A DNA stretch of 64,000 nt from assembly GCA_030141605.1 (NCBI GenBank), contig JAQGDQ010000110.1:186001-250000 (forward strand), in the 5' to 3' direction. The stretch is from Tubiluchus corallicola. Lineage: Eukaryota > Animalia > Priapulida. The notes beneath the pieces are model-generated. The model saw only the letters and a list, made by a program, of their open reading frames with translations. It was not told where the DNA came from and ran no database searches. Every line of letters begins with the position of its first letter. Position 1 is the first letter of the stretch. The translations under genes and the position numbers were made by a program. Below are positions 51,301 through 62,222 of this stretch, one piece after another.

Positions 51301-54300
51301 TTAAAATGTTATTAATGTATTGTATTTATGAAGATCAAAAGTTAAAGGATAAAATGCAATTTTCATTGTTAAATGCAATTTCATTTTGTCGTGGTATTCA
51401 CTAATAATGGAAGTAAATACTGGGGACTTTTTGTGAAACATGATGTTAGTCAGTATGGGAAGTTTGTCTTTTGTAACGTCATGGTGTTAGAAATAGCGAT
51501 CTCCATTAAATAATGCTAATTCTGGTTAATAAATGAGTGAGTGATTACTTGAAAATTTACTTTGGAGGCAGATATCGTATCACCTCCGTCGATTTATTTC
51601 GTTCATAAATGATATACAAGCAATCCAACATTTGTAAGATACTTTTAACAGTTCATTGTCTTGTGTTGAAGATTGTCCTGTATAGATTCTTGTCCTGCCA
51701 CAAGTCTCATCGTATCAAACAGAACTTGCTATTCAGTGCTAGGTTTCATCTTGCAGTGTCAAACTCCATAAAAAACAAACACACAAACCGTCCACAAGTT
51801 GACATATTTCAAACAGCGTTATGATGCTTCACACAGTGGAATGCACCAAAAATTTGTTGAAATGTCAAATTTTTTGCTTTTTTATAAAAACAAATGCTAA
51901 ACGTATTGGATTTTTATATTCTAGCATGAAATTATCAAGAAAATGTTTAAAACATACTAAAAATTTATTTTTATAACCCCATATCCACTTCTCTGACATG
52001 AAACTAGTAATGTAATTGTAAAAAACTTCAAACTCTGATTGTAGCTCGTGGAAGCTGTCATTTTTTACCTGTTTTTTCTGTTGCCAAGCCCAGATCTTCA
52101 TCAGGAAGAGCCATCTACTGGATTTAAACATAATTTCAATGTTCTCTTGCTTAGTTCGTAGCAACCAGCATTTGTGCGTTTGCTACGTGTTTTGTACAGA
52201 CTCAACGAAAAACAATGGCTAACTTTAACAGCGATTTTCTCAAGGTTGTGTTTTTCAGTGTGCAGCCTGAACTTCAACTTCAACTTGGATTATCTCAGCT
52301 TAAAAATAACACAGAGCAATGAGCTTGGTATCAAAATGATCCTCATGAAAATGCTTAATTGCCCACTTATTTACGTTTCTGCTATGCAAGCACGCATATA
52401 GTTTTTTAGCTTGTTTGTTAGATTATGATTTTAGTTATTGCAGAATTCAAATAATTATGGTTAGCATGTTTTTTAGAATTAAATGAAGCCTGTTATGATA
52501 ACAATTGCCATAACCATGCAACCTGCTATGGACTCAGCAGAAAGAATTTCATATGTGTTTGTCCAGAAGGCTTTACAGGCAGTACATGTGATCAAGGTAA
52601 ATGAGCTTCATATCAAGTTGAATGTTGCAGCAGCTTTTATATAATTTTTCTTAATATTATTCTTAGGTATTCTTAGCACATTTGTGCTAGACAACACACT
52701 TTCTAAGATTTAAAGGAGAAAATCATATTCTTCTGGTTTTGCTTTTTTCGCATTTTAGGTAGTTGTTTTACAAACAGAAACTTGTTACAATTTAGAGAGA
52801 TTTTACTGTATCTCTTAGGCAAAATGTGGAAAAATTTCTTAAATTTGTATAAGTTTAGATGCATTGAAACCTTGAGAGATTTGACTGTATCTCTTAGGCA
52901 AAATGTGGAAAAATTTCTTAAACATGTATAAGGTTAGATGCATTGAAACTTTGAGAGATTTGACTGCATCTCTTAGGCAAAATGTGGAAAAATTTCTTAA
53001 ACATGTATAAGGTTAAATCCATTGAAACTTTGAAAATGCTCCAGCTTTGTGTTAATATTTAATTTGCGGCAAGGTATTGATGCTGATTCACTTGATACAA
53101 ACATTAAAGCATGACAAGAATGTCTTAGTATTCAGTTTCGATGACTATTTTTCCATTATGCAGCAGTTGTCAAAGGCAGTTTAATTTAACTTCTTTTTAT
53201 ATGCTTTATTTTTCAGTTTTGGATCCTTGCGATTATCTAACTTGCAGGAACGGTGGCACGTGTGTTGCTGATGACAGCAACGATGCTCACTGCATATGCG
53301 CTGAAGGCTACATCGGAGTGGAGTGCGAATTTAGAACAGGTATATCTTACGTAAACACTGCTACATACAGTACATACTTAGATTGTAAATTTCCAGTGTA
53401 AAGCTGTTGTTTAATTCTGCAAGTCATTTCCTGTAATTTTAGTTTAATTGTTTACTTGTTGGTTCATTTATTGATTTATTTCAGTTATTTTTTGTTTATT
53501 TTTGTTCATTTATTCGTAGTATCTACAGCGCTACGGTCAGTGAATATAAGCACAACACGCTGTTCCGGTAGCTTCCATTATCCCCCAGAATGCACGGATA
53601 ATGACTGTGTTTACAGAGCTTCTTGGGTCTACAATGAAACCATTGAATTTCTCATCGAAGCTAAAACGTATGGTAAAACCTGGACTGGGATTGGATTCAA
53701 CAAGCGACCCAGCATGGTAAGGTTTAATTTCATATTCTCTAATGTGCTAAAAATAGAGGCTATTTTAGCCATTTGTCAAAGATAATTCTCTGAGTTAAGA
53801 CACTGTAATGGTTTACAAATCTTAACTAGTTTTTGATGTGTTTATGTCCTCTCTGAACATGCAGATATTGTTAGAGGTAGCATTCAATTAAAACTGCTCA
53901 GAAACTGATTTTCTTGGTGTTTGTCTATTCTTTTATCGACCAGACTCGATGTTGCTTAAGTTTGATTGTTATGTTAGCACTTAGATGTTCTTCTGACGCA
54001 GAGAAAGTGTACCATAATTGTAACTATTGTAACGTATCTTTCTATACTGTCTAATCTATTCTGTTCTGTTCTGTACTGTGTTGTTATTACAGTTAAATGC
54101 AGACATAATAGTTGGTTGGGTCAGTGGTGGGGAGGTCCACGTGTCCAGTGTCACTGACCGTCATGTGTCCATGTTCTACATGAAGCCTGAAATAGATGAA
54201 CAAATGGAGTGAGTAATTTTTTTCTTGCTACTTTTGCCTTGACAAGTGCTGTTACTTACGTGAACAGATGGATAATATAGGCTGGAGGACTTGGCTTTTT

Positions 54301-57300
54301 TACAGTGTGGCATTCTGGAATTCAGCAGTCAATGGTTGATAGTTGTGCCCAGATCGAACCTAGCTAATTAAGGATAATCCTATCAAGCTGATTGATTTGT
54401 AAGGCTGCCAAGAACCTGATCATTACTTAGTAACCCTTTGCTAAGCAATAGTGTGAAACAGAGAGGTTTCCTAAGCAAATTTGATGTACAGGTTGTCGGC
54501 GACTGATGACCTATGCAACTTACGACTGCTCGACCTTACCACCCTTTATTGAGGTTTATTAATTAATTATACAAAACTAATTATAACTCATATTTCCTTC
54601 TATTTTTTAAAGCAAATTAATTTTAAATCGCTTTCTGTTTCGACGAATTTGTCCGTGGGAGCCTCCATACTTAGTGCACATACACACGCAACATTGTAAG
54701 GGTAGGGGCGGGTCACTTGAACGTACGGGTCCGATGCATCCAAATCATCTTACGACCAATCAACTTTAACTTATTCTGTTTGTAAGTTGACGACTAGCCT
54801 TAAATCAGTGCATTTTTTTGCATTTGAAAAATGTTAAGCAGCTTAAAATTTGTGGAAACATTAAACTACAAAGATATCTTTTTGTAAAAACAAAAACTTG
54901 GAATGGTTAATGTTGAATTTGATTTTTCATAAGAATAAAAGTTTTATAAAGGCTTGAACACTGATAGAGAGACTCTGGCCCTCCTTACTGAAAATATTTC
55001 TTTGCTAGTTTGTAAAGCTACATTTTCTCTGTTTGGTGAGATTCACTCTATTTTGTCCTTGTTGGTTTTAGTTACTACTTCAATGGCATTTACAACATAC
55101 ATAATTCTCTTATTGATGGTATCACCAAGATCAAATTCTCTCGTGATCTCAAGACTTGGGACAAACAAGACTTCTGGTTTGATGAAGACTGTGCCTACTT
55201 CTTGTTTCCGGTTTACGGAGGCATCTTTGATCTGATGACAGATTACATCGGCGAACATTCAGAAATTCCACTGATATCTTCAGAGAAAATTTGTATTAGT
55301 AGCTGTCAAGGTGCGTTATATTGCTTTTTGTTTAGTAAAATGTAGGAACAGCGTTTCAGTGCAAGAACTCGTGATAATTAGTTGAAGCATTTGCTTAAGA
55401 GGGAAAGCCAAACTTTCTACAAAGTTAGGCTTATATCAATGTTTGCGATTTCGTGATGTATTTGTTATATTGTTTTAAGTTTAAATGATGACAGTAAAAT
55501 AAACCCAACATGCTAAATGACTTGTCCTTTCCTTTAAACTTTGTACCAGGACAATATATTGTTATTTTGCATCTATACTGGCTAATTTTATTTTTCTGCA
55601 AAACTGCTGTTTATTAAAATAAGCTGTGTTAATTATTCATGATCTTGCAAAAGCTTTTATTTGTTCATGCTTTGTTTTATAACGTTGGTAAGAAAATCCT
55701 CACTCCATTGAGTGAAACGCAAGTGTGTCACCAAAAGTTAATAATCTTTTAACTTTAATTCATGTTTCTGTGTTTTATACAGAAATTACGGAAAACGTAC
55801 CCATTCGGAAAATTCCAGAGGAAAAAACCGAAGAGGCACCACTTGGAGTTAGTGGTGGTATGTTAGCATATATGTTACAGAGAGTGTGTAAAATTCAGAC
55901 ATTAATAAAATTCCTAGACATTTCATGTAGCACAGGAAAGGCATTTCAGGGAAAGTGTGTCATAAATCTTTTGACTCACACTTTACCTAGACTCTGACAG
56001 TTAAATCACAAGTGTGAACTGCCTTACAAGTTACTGTCAGCAAGGAATTGCATACTCTATATACGTCTTGCAGTGAATAGAGAAGAAAGTGTCAGCTTAC
56101 AGTCGGAGAGTATTCACCCTCTAGTATGAACATGCTTGCGAGTTAACATTAACAAAGAAAACTTGCTAGTGTGAATGCACCATTTCATAATATGCTAAAC
56201 TAATGTGGTGGTTGGTGCAAAGTCACTATCTCTGACATGCTGCGCAATCAGGTGGATCACTTTTTAGGCGATTATCCTCTCTATGCTAACTATGTTATGG
56301 TCCTGCCACAACAATTTTGGCCCTGCTTTTGACTGCTAAATTTCAGCCTGCAGAATCCAGACAAAATAAATAAAAATAATGCGACTCAGCTGACCATGGG
56401 AAAGTGGAAATACAGCTAATACTTATGAGCTCTTTATGTTTCAGGCTGCAATTTAACAAATTCAACGTTCGTCGGTAACGAAACGGTGGGAGAGATATCG
56501 TCACCTAATTATCCAACAGACGACTATCCTAACAGCTTGAGTTGTCTGTGGACTGTCAGAGTTGATAAAGAGAAGTACATTAAACTCAGCTTTATTGGTA
56601 TGCTCGTTTTCACTTTTCTGTATCTATTTGTAGTTCTCAAATATGCCTACGACATTAACGCTTTTTTCTTATGTGTTTTAAAACAATGTAAATTCTTAGT
56701 AGTTAAATTTTTTGTGAAACTAGATTTCAGTTTCCCATGATAACTTGCTGTCTTGTGATTTAGTGCTGTTGAATTTATCATCATTCTGCTTTCACTGGTG
56801 TGTTAAATAATTCATTTCAGTCTGAGACTCTGATTCTTCTACAAATAATTTCATTTTTACAGATTTCTACACTGAGCCAAGTCATGATTATGTGGAAATT
56901 ATTTCCCATAGTTCACAGTACAGCAACAGGAAGTTCTCTGGATTTAATTACCGTAAGTTTAAAGTTTGTCTACAGTTTGCTTGTTATGTATTTACTTACA
57001 TTTGATGTGTTTGAATATCCTTATTTGTACATTGAGAAAGCAGTAACATTGTCTTCTGTTTAGATTTCACTTTGTGCTATTAAATACTTTTTTAAGTTAG
57101 TCATTGTGGTCAACTTAATAAATTTTTGACTGGTTGACTTGTCCTGTGAAATAGATAAGAAAATACAAAATATAGTTTTTGCCCTAAGATTTGAACCACA
57201 TCTTCTGCATTCTGGCCTACTAATACTATTATAGGTATGGCTTTACGTGTACTGTTATTTGTATGATTTTATCCTACTTGGATATCTGAAAAGAGAGCTA

Positions 57301-60300
57301 ACTAATTAAACTGTGTTAGGATATTCAGTTAGTTTAGTCTGTCAACAAAGAAATTCAGTTTCTGGTTGACTTAAAATGAAACGTTTTTCTAAAAAGTTTG
57401 GTACTTTCTTATATTGTTCACATAATTGAATATATAGCTTATTAAATTAGATAACATAATCCTTCCTTTGTTTCAGCTATTTCTCTGATCAGCGATGGTC
57501 CAGAGATGCAGTTGAGATTTGTCACGGACAAATTCTTGACAAAATCTGGCTTCAAGCTACTTTACGAATCAGTCAACAGCAACATCAGTACGTTGCGTCT
57601 TTTATCCTTTTATCAGCTGTTATATATTTTTGTTTTTTTCTGCTTAGGAATATAAAGATATTACTTATTTTTTTCTTTTGTTATAGAAGAAGAGTTGAAA
57701 GCTCCATACAGTCATGTGCAGCAAATATGTTATTCAAGGACCTACGGTGGAATACATCCCTATATACCTCCTACGTATACTGTAAGGTAAATTATGTGTT
57801 ATATTATTCAGTTCAATGTTGTATTTTGCTGTTAAATTTTATTGTACAATTGACAGTATTCAGTACACAATGGAGGGTTGTTTGATGTAGTTGTGTGTGG
57901 TGGGACTGGAACATAGCTTACTATCAAGATTGATCCTCTAAGATAATACAGTGAACTTGGGATACTGATGTGTTTTAGCCTAGTTCGATGTGTTTGCATA
58001 CTGTTATAACTGGAGGCATTATGGAAAATCAAACTGCTCAGTAACACCTCTACTAGCAGTCACCCATCGATTTACTGACCATACCTAGTTTTGCTTAATT
58101 TTATACATTGTGATCACTCAGCTATTTTACTTGCATCTTGTTCGGCACCACTGTTTCATAGTTACTGTGATTATGATAACTGATAAGTAGCTACAAATTA
58201 GTTTTTATACTCTATAATCTACAATAATGCAAATTAATTAAAATGTCTAGTAGATAAGGGCGAAAATTCAGTTAAATGCAGTGCTTGGCAAAGCACTACC
58301 TTTTGTGACTTGTAGGTCCTCTGTTTAGGCCTTCAGCTCGTAATAACCTAAACATTTATTATTAAGATAACACTGCAGTTAGTTGACATGCACTTATGGA
58401 TATTTTATTAATAAATAAAAGTGCTTTTAATTTCTCCGCTGCTGTTGAATCTTAACAGTACCCGACACGTATAAGGAAAAGGGTGCCCAACTCTGAGTTT
58501 TGCTGCCTGTGTAAATGCTATTGATTAATGGTAAGAGCAAGTGTCTCCTCTAGTACAAGAACTTGTTTTTCTACAAGTATGTTTCACTACATGCACCCTG
58601 GCAACAAGTTCCTGCTTTTAAACTATATTTGTGCCACACTTAGGGTTACACGGAACTAAAACCATCTCAGGCGGTTGTAAGTGTGAAACCTGTTAATTCT
58701 ACTTGTCAACTAAAAATATCTTTGATACGATGCAGTATTCGTTCAATGACTGGCATCTTTCTAAATAACCCTGATGTTTAGTTTGTTGTTTACCCTGCAG
58801 CAGTTCTGATATGAATCAGGGAACAATCACATCTCCAGGATTCCCTTTTGCACTTCCCAGGGATCTGGACTGCCGCTGGATTATCACGTCATCAACCGTT
58901 GCCATCACTGGTCTTATTGGAGATCTTCCAAGTGGGACAATGGTCGTGCTATTCGGTATGCAGCCAGTTTCGTACTTTTTTGGAGAATTTCCTTCAGTAT
59001 AAAATTTTTTTTCCGTTTTTACATTTCTTGTCACTGAAGTTTTTATTTCATAGTTCATTGTAGTGTTTTAAAAGGGTTGTCTCTTTTTTATTGTGGTATC
59101 TAATTTGATTTGCATGACAATTCCTGTATGCCACCTAGCATGGTCTTCGGGAATCTTGCATTCAGGAACTTCATCTATTTGTGATGGACAAAAAAAACAT
59201 GAAATTATGTTGTCTGGTACTTTGCATTTGGAAAACTTTGAAAAAGGCACTTGACTTGCTGTCCCATAATAATCTGTTATTTTGCACTTTAGGTTCTTCT
59301 CAAACAAGTTTATTTTACTTTTACATTTTTTGTGACAGTCAAAAATCTAAATATCAATATTTTACTTACTGTGTACAATGACCGCAACTAATGTGCTCTG
59401 CTCTGCATAAGCCAAATCTATGAGAGTTGAAGAATTATTATTAGAAAAACAAATTGTTGTTGCCAGAAGTTACATGATATAAACATGTCCGACCTACGTA
59501 TGTGATATGAGCACGTCCGACCTACGTATGTGATATAGGTCTGCCCGATCTACGTATGTGATATAAGCACGTCCGACCTACGTATGTGATATAAGCCTGC
59601 CCGACCTACGTATGTGATATAAGCACATCCGACCTACGTATGTGATATAAGCCTGCCCGACCTACGTATGTGATATAAGCACATCCGACCTACGTATGTG
59701 ATATAAGCCTGCCCGACCTACGTATGTGATATAAGCACATCCGACCTACTATGTGATATAAGCACGTCCGACCTACGTATGTGATATAAGCATGTCTGAC
59801 CTACGTGTGTGATATAAGCACGTCCGACCTACGTATGTGATATAAGCATGTCTGACCTACGTATGTGATATAAGCATGTCTGACCTAGCTACACAAAAAA
59901 TACAAATAAACTCATTAGGCCTTCAGACGTAGTATGAGACAACTAGAAATTCGAGTTAATCTGATATGTGCTAGCTAGAGTTCACTCTGTGGTTACTGCT
60001 TCATTGCTTTGTATGACTTTAGTTGCTCATAGTTGGTCAGTTGTGACTTTTTGCTTTGTTAGTATTTCAAATGAAACATTTAAATTAAAGTTTGCAATTT
60101 CTCGCAGAGGGTTCCTGTCGAGATTTCCATACCTCGGAGGATCTTCCCTGCAAACCTTTGTTCACGTACAAGGAGTCGTTTGCTCACGAGCCCACATCGT
60201 CATTGTATGATTCGGTCACCCTGCGTCTTTTAACAAACAAAGAGTATGGTGGCAAGAGCTACTCAGACATTTCGGGAATGATTGGATTTCAGATGAAATA

Positions 60301-62021
60301 TGAGATAGCAAGACACATAACCACTGCCAAGGTTGTTGAAACTTATGGTAAGATTATTGAGGAACATCATGCTTAAAGGTTTATTTATATAAACTACGAG
60401 TTTCCCACAAAAATTTTGATAATTAGTTTTTTTTGTGTGGTATTGTATGTGCAAATAATAATGCCAGTCTGTGTCAATATATATTATGAAGAGTTGCTAT
60501 GTAGTATTTTAGTGAATGGCAGATGTTTATAAGCCTGTTTTTTACAGATGAGGCCAAGTTAACACTAGGACAGTGGGCAGGGGTTGCCATTGCAATTATG
60601 ATTGCAGTCATATTGTTTGTATTGACAGGATATGGATTTTACGCATGCTTTAAGCGCAAAAGGTAAACACTTACTGTTTTTTTCATAGAAATACTTGGGT
60701 GATCGTACAGACAGTTTTCATTGTGTGTCATTTGACTAGTCAGGAAAGAACCTGAACAATGTGAAGAAGGTAGTCGTAGTTAAACTGAATAAAAACTACC
60801 AGTTATTATACGTTGTTTAGATTACGGTGTAGTGGTTCAGCACCCATAACTGGTGCTATCGAATCACAGTTGGAGCATCATGCCACGCATGCAGTAGAGG
60901 CACCACCTGCCTATCGAGAAGCTGTAGATGACGAATCTATGCAAACGGAGGTGGGTATTATGAAAATTGAAACAAATTGATTTACCGTGCAGCAATGGTC
61001 AGTTCACAAAAAGTTCAATAATTATTTTGGCAAAAAATAAAGAAGTTTGAGCTTGCGTTTCATTCAACTGTTCAAAATTCAGCACTTTCTTAAGATGCTA
61101 GCTTTTTATTTGTGTCCGTCTGTCCGTTACAAGCTGTTACTCTACCTACCAATAAAAATTTAACTCTTTTATTATGTTTTTAGGCCCAAGGCACAGGTGG
61201 CACTGGCACTATCAATATTAAACTTCCTTCCTATGATGAAGTTTTAGCAATGGGCACCTCTTCAACATCAGGTTTGAAATTAAGTCTTTTAGTAACACTT
61301 TCATATTAAAAAACAAAAACATTCAAAAGCCAATATCTGGTTTCTTTTCTTCCCAAAATGCATGGTATGAAACAAGCTGAGAAATTTTTTTATTGTTGTT
61401 CACTTTACAGATGAATTCAGTGAAGACGCAGAGACCAAGAATGAAGAATTATCATCAGCATTATGTAGTCCTTCCACCGCAACCACGGCCATCGTTGACT
61501 CATCTGATGATGACGACGGCAACGATGTTGCTGGTGCGAGCCACCAGGGGGCTAATGTAATGGCTAGTCCTATATTCAATAGTCAAAAACATATGAACGT
61601 TGTAAGCATACCTCCGTCTCCTCCTTCCATACTGAAAGCTGGAAGGTACGCTTTGCCGCGACCGAAAAGTAGTGGGAAAAAAGTTCGAATAGATACACCG
61701 TTTAGTGATACGAACTGTAAAACCAATGGAATTACTAGTTCTACGGGTGTGGATCAGCCTCGCCAGCCCAAACTTTCCAAGCCTAATCCACCGTTAAGAA
61801 ATGACAGCTTGCCTTGTTCATCATCTTCTGCCTCTTCAGATGAAGCTGCAGTATACACAAATAGTAACATGGCCGATTTTGTAGACAATTGTTACGAGAA
61901 CCTTGACGATTATGATATTGTTGATTATGATACTGCCGATTATGATGGTTGTTATGACAACACCTGTTGTGAAAGCGATCATGAGAACATGTACGAAGAC
62001 ATCGATGTTCAACGATTGTGA
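42335..62021 (+). CDS. Type I membrane protein: signal peptide, His1 LPMO-like domain, 2 EGF, DOMON, 2 EGF, DOMON, 2 CUB, TM, cytoplasmic tail (nahoda-like DOMON family), about 1374 aa
   Basis: Phase-compatible GT-AG exons: 42335-42479, 44527-44754, 45635-45721, 46323-46478, 46585-46793, 47209-47275, 47631-47831, 48044-48193, 51069-51236, 52477-52596, 53217-53339, 53520-53716, 54093-54208, 55072-55310, 55783-55857, 56445-56597, 56863-56952, 57477-57587, 57687-57786, 58801-58955, 59166-59216 (tentative), 60108-60347, 60548-60662, 60821-60950, 61184-61271 and 61411-62021, totalling 4125 nt. DOMON motifs YVALGW, DMVIG, TILFRKRL, WTGIGF, ADIIVGWV, IKFSRDL. CUB motifs ISSPNYP..YPNSLSCLW and LRFVTD...GFKLLY. 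TM helix WAGVAIAIMIAVILFVLTGYGFYAC followed by FKRKR. Confidence 0.88.
45941..46010 (+). pseudogene. tRNA-like sequence (anticodon TGC): tRNA pseudogene or tRNA-derived SINE head
   Basis: Acceptor-like catagt/actatg, anticodon arm tctgc-tttgcaa-gcaga and T arm ctggg-ttgaat-tccag, followed by a T run. The D-loop lacks GG and the T-loop lacks TTC, so it is unlikely to be functional. Confidence 0.55.
52795..53032. repeat. 79-bp tandem repeat, 3 copies, intronic
   Basis: gagagattt(t/g)actg(t/c)atctcttaggcaaaatgtggaaaaatttcttaaa... recurs at 52795, 52874 and 52953. Confidence 0.92.
59480..59887. repeat. 28-bp minisatellite, about 14 copies, intronic
   Basis: Unit ccgacctacgtatgtgatataagcacgt with alternating tail variants (cacgt/cctgc/cacat/catgt). 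Copies are contiguous with no spacers. Confidence 0.95.
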
Positions 62022-62222
62022 TAAATTTAATTTATTCTTTGTTTAATGTAGAATATTTTTTATAAACAGCATGTTCAATTGTTAGATAGTTTGAAACAAA
62101 TAAACTTTAAAACAAAACCTAACTAATTTTACACTTTACATAAAGATTACCAGATGTAATCTTGCAGAAATAATTTACTTTTTCGAAAAATCACAGTATT
62201 ACTTTACACAAGCAAGCAATAA

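Noticed and set aside
54306-54342. Possible exon with an in-frame TGA (selenocysteine or readthrough) after a good acceptor
   Set aside because: TGA is followed immediately by TAG, and the proper phase-2 exon is found at 55072.
54954-55258. Listed ORFs 54954..55235 (+) and 55043..55258 (-) as independent genes
   Set aside because: They are shadows of the real DOMON2 exon 55072-55310, which is in a different plus-strand frame.
59480-59887. CRISPR-like array of 28-bp repeats
   Set aside because: The repeats are contiguous with no unique spacers, there are no cas genes, and the context is a eukaryotic intron. It is a minisatellite.
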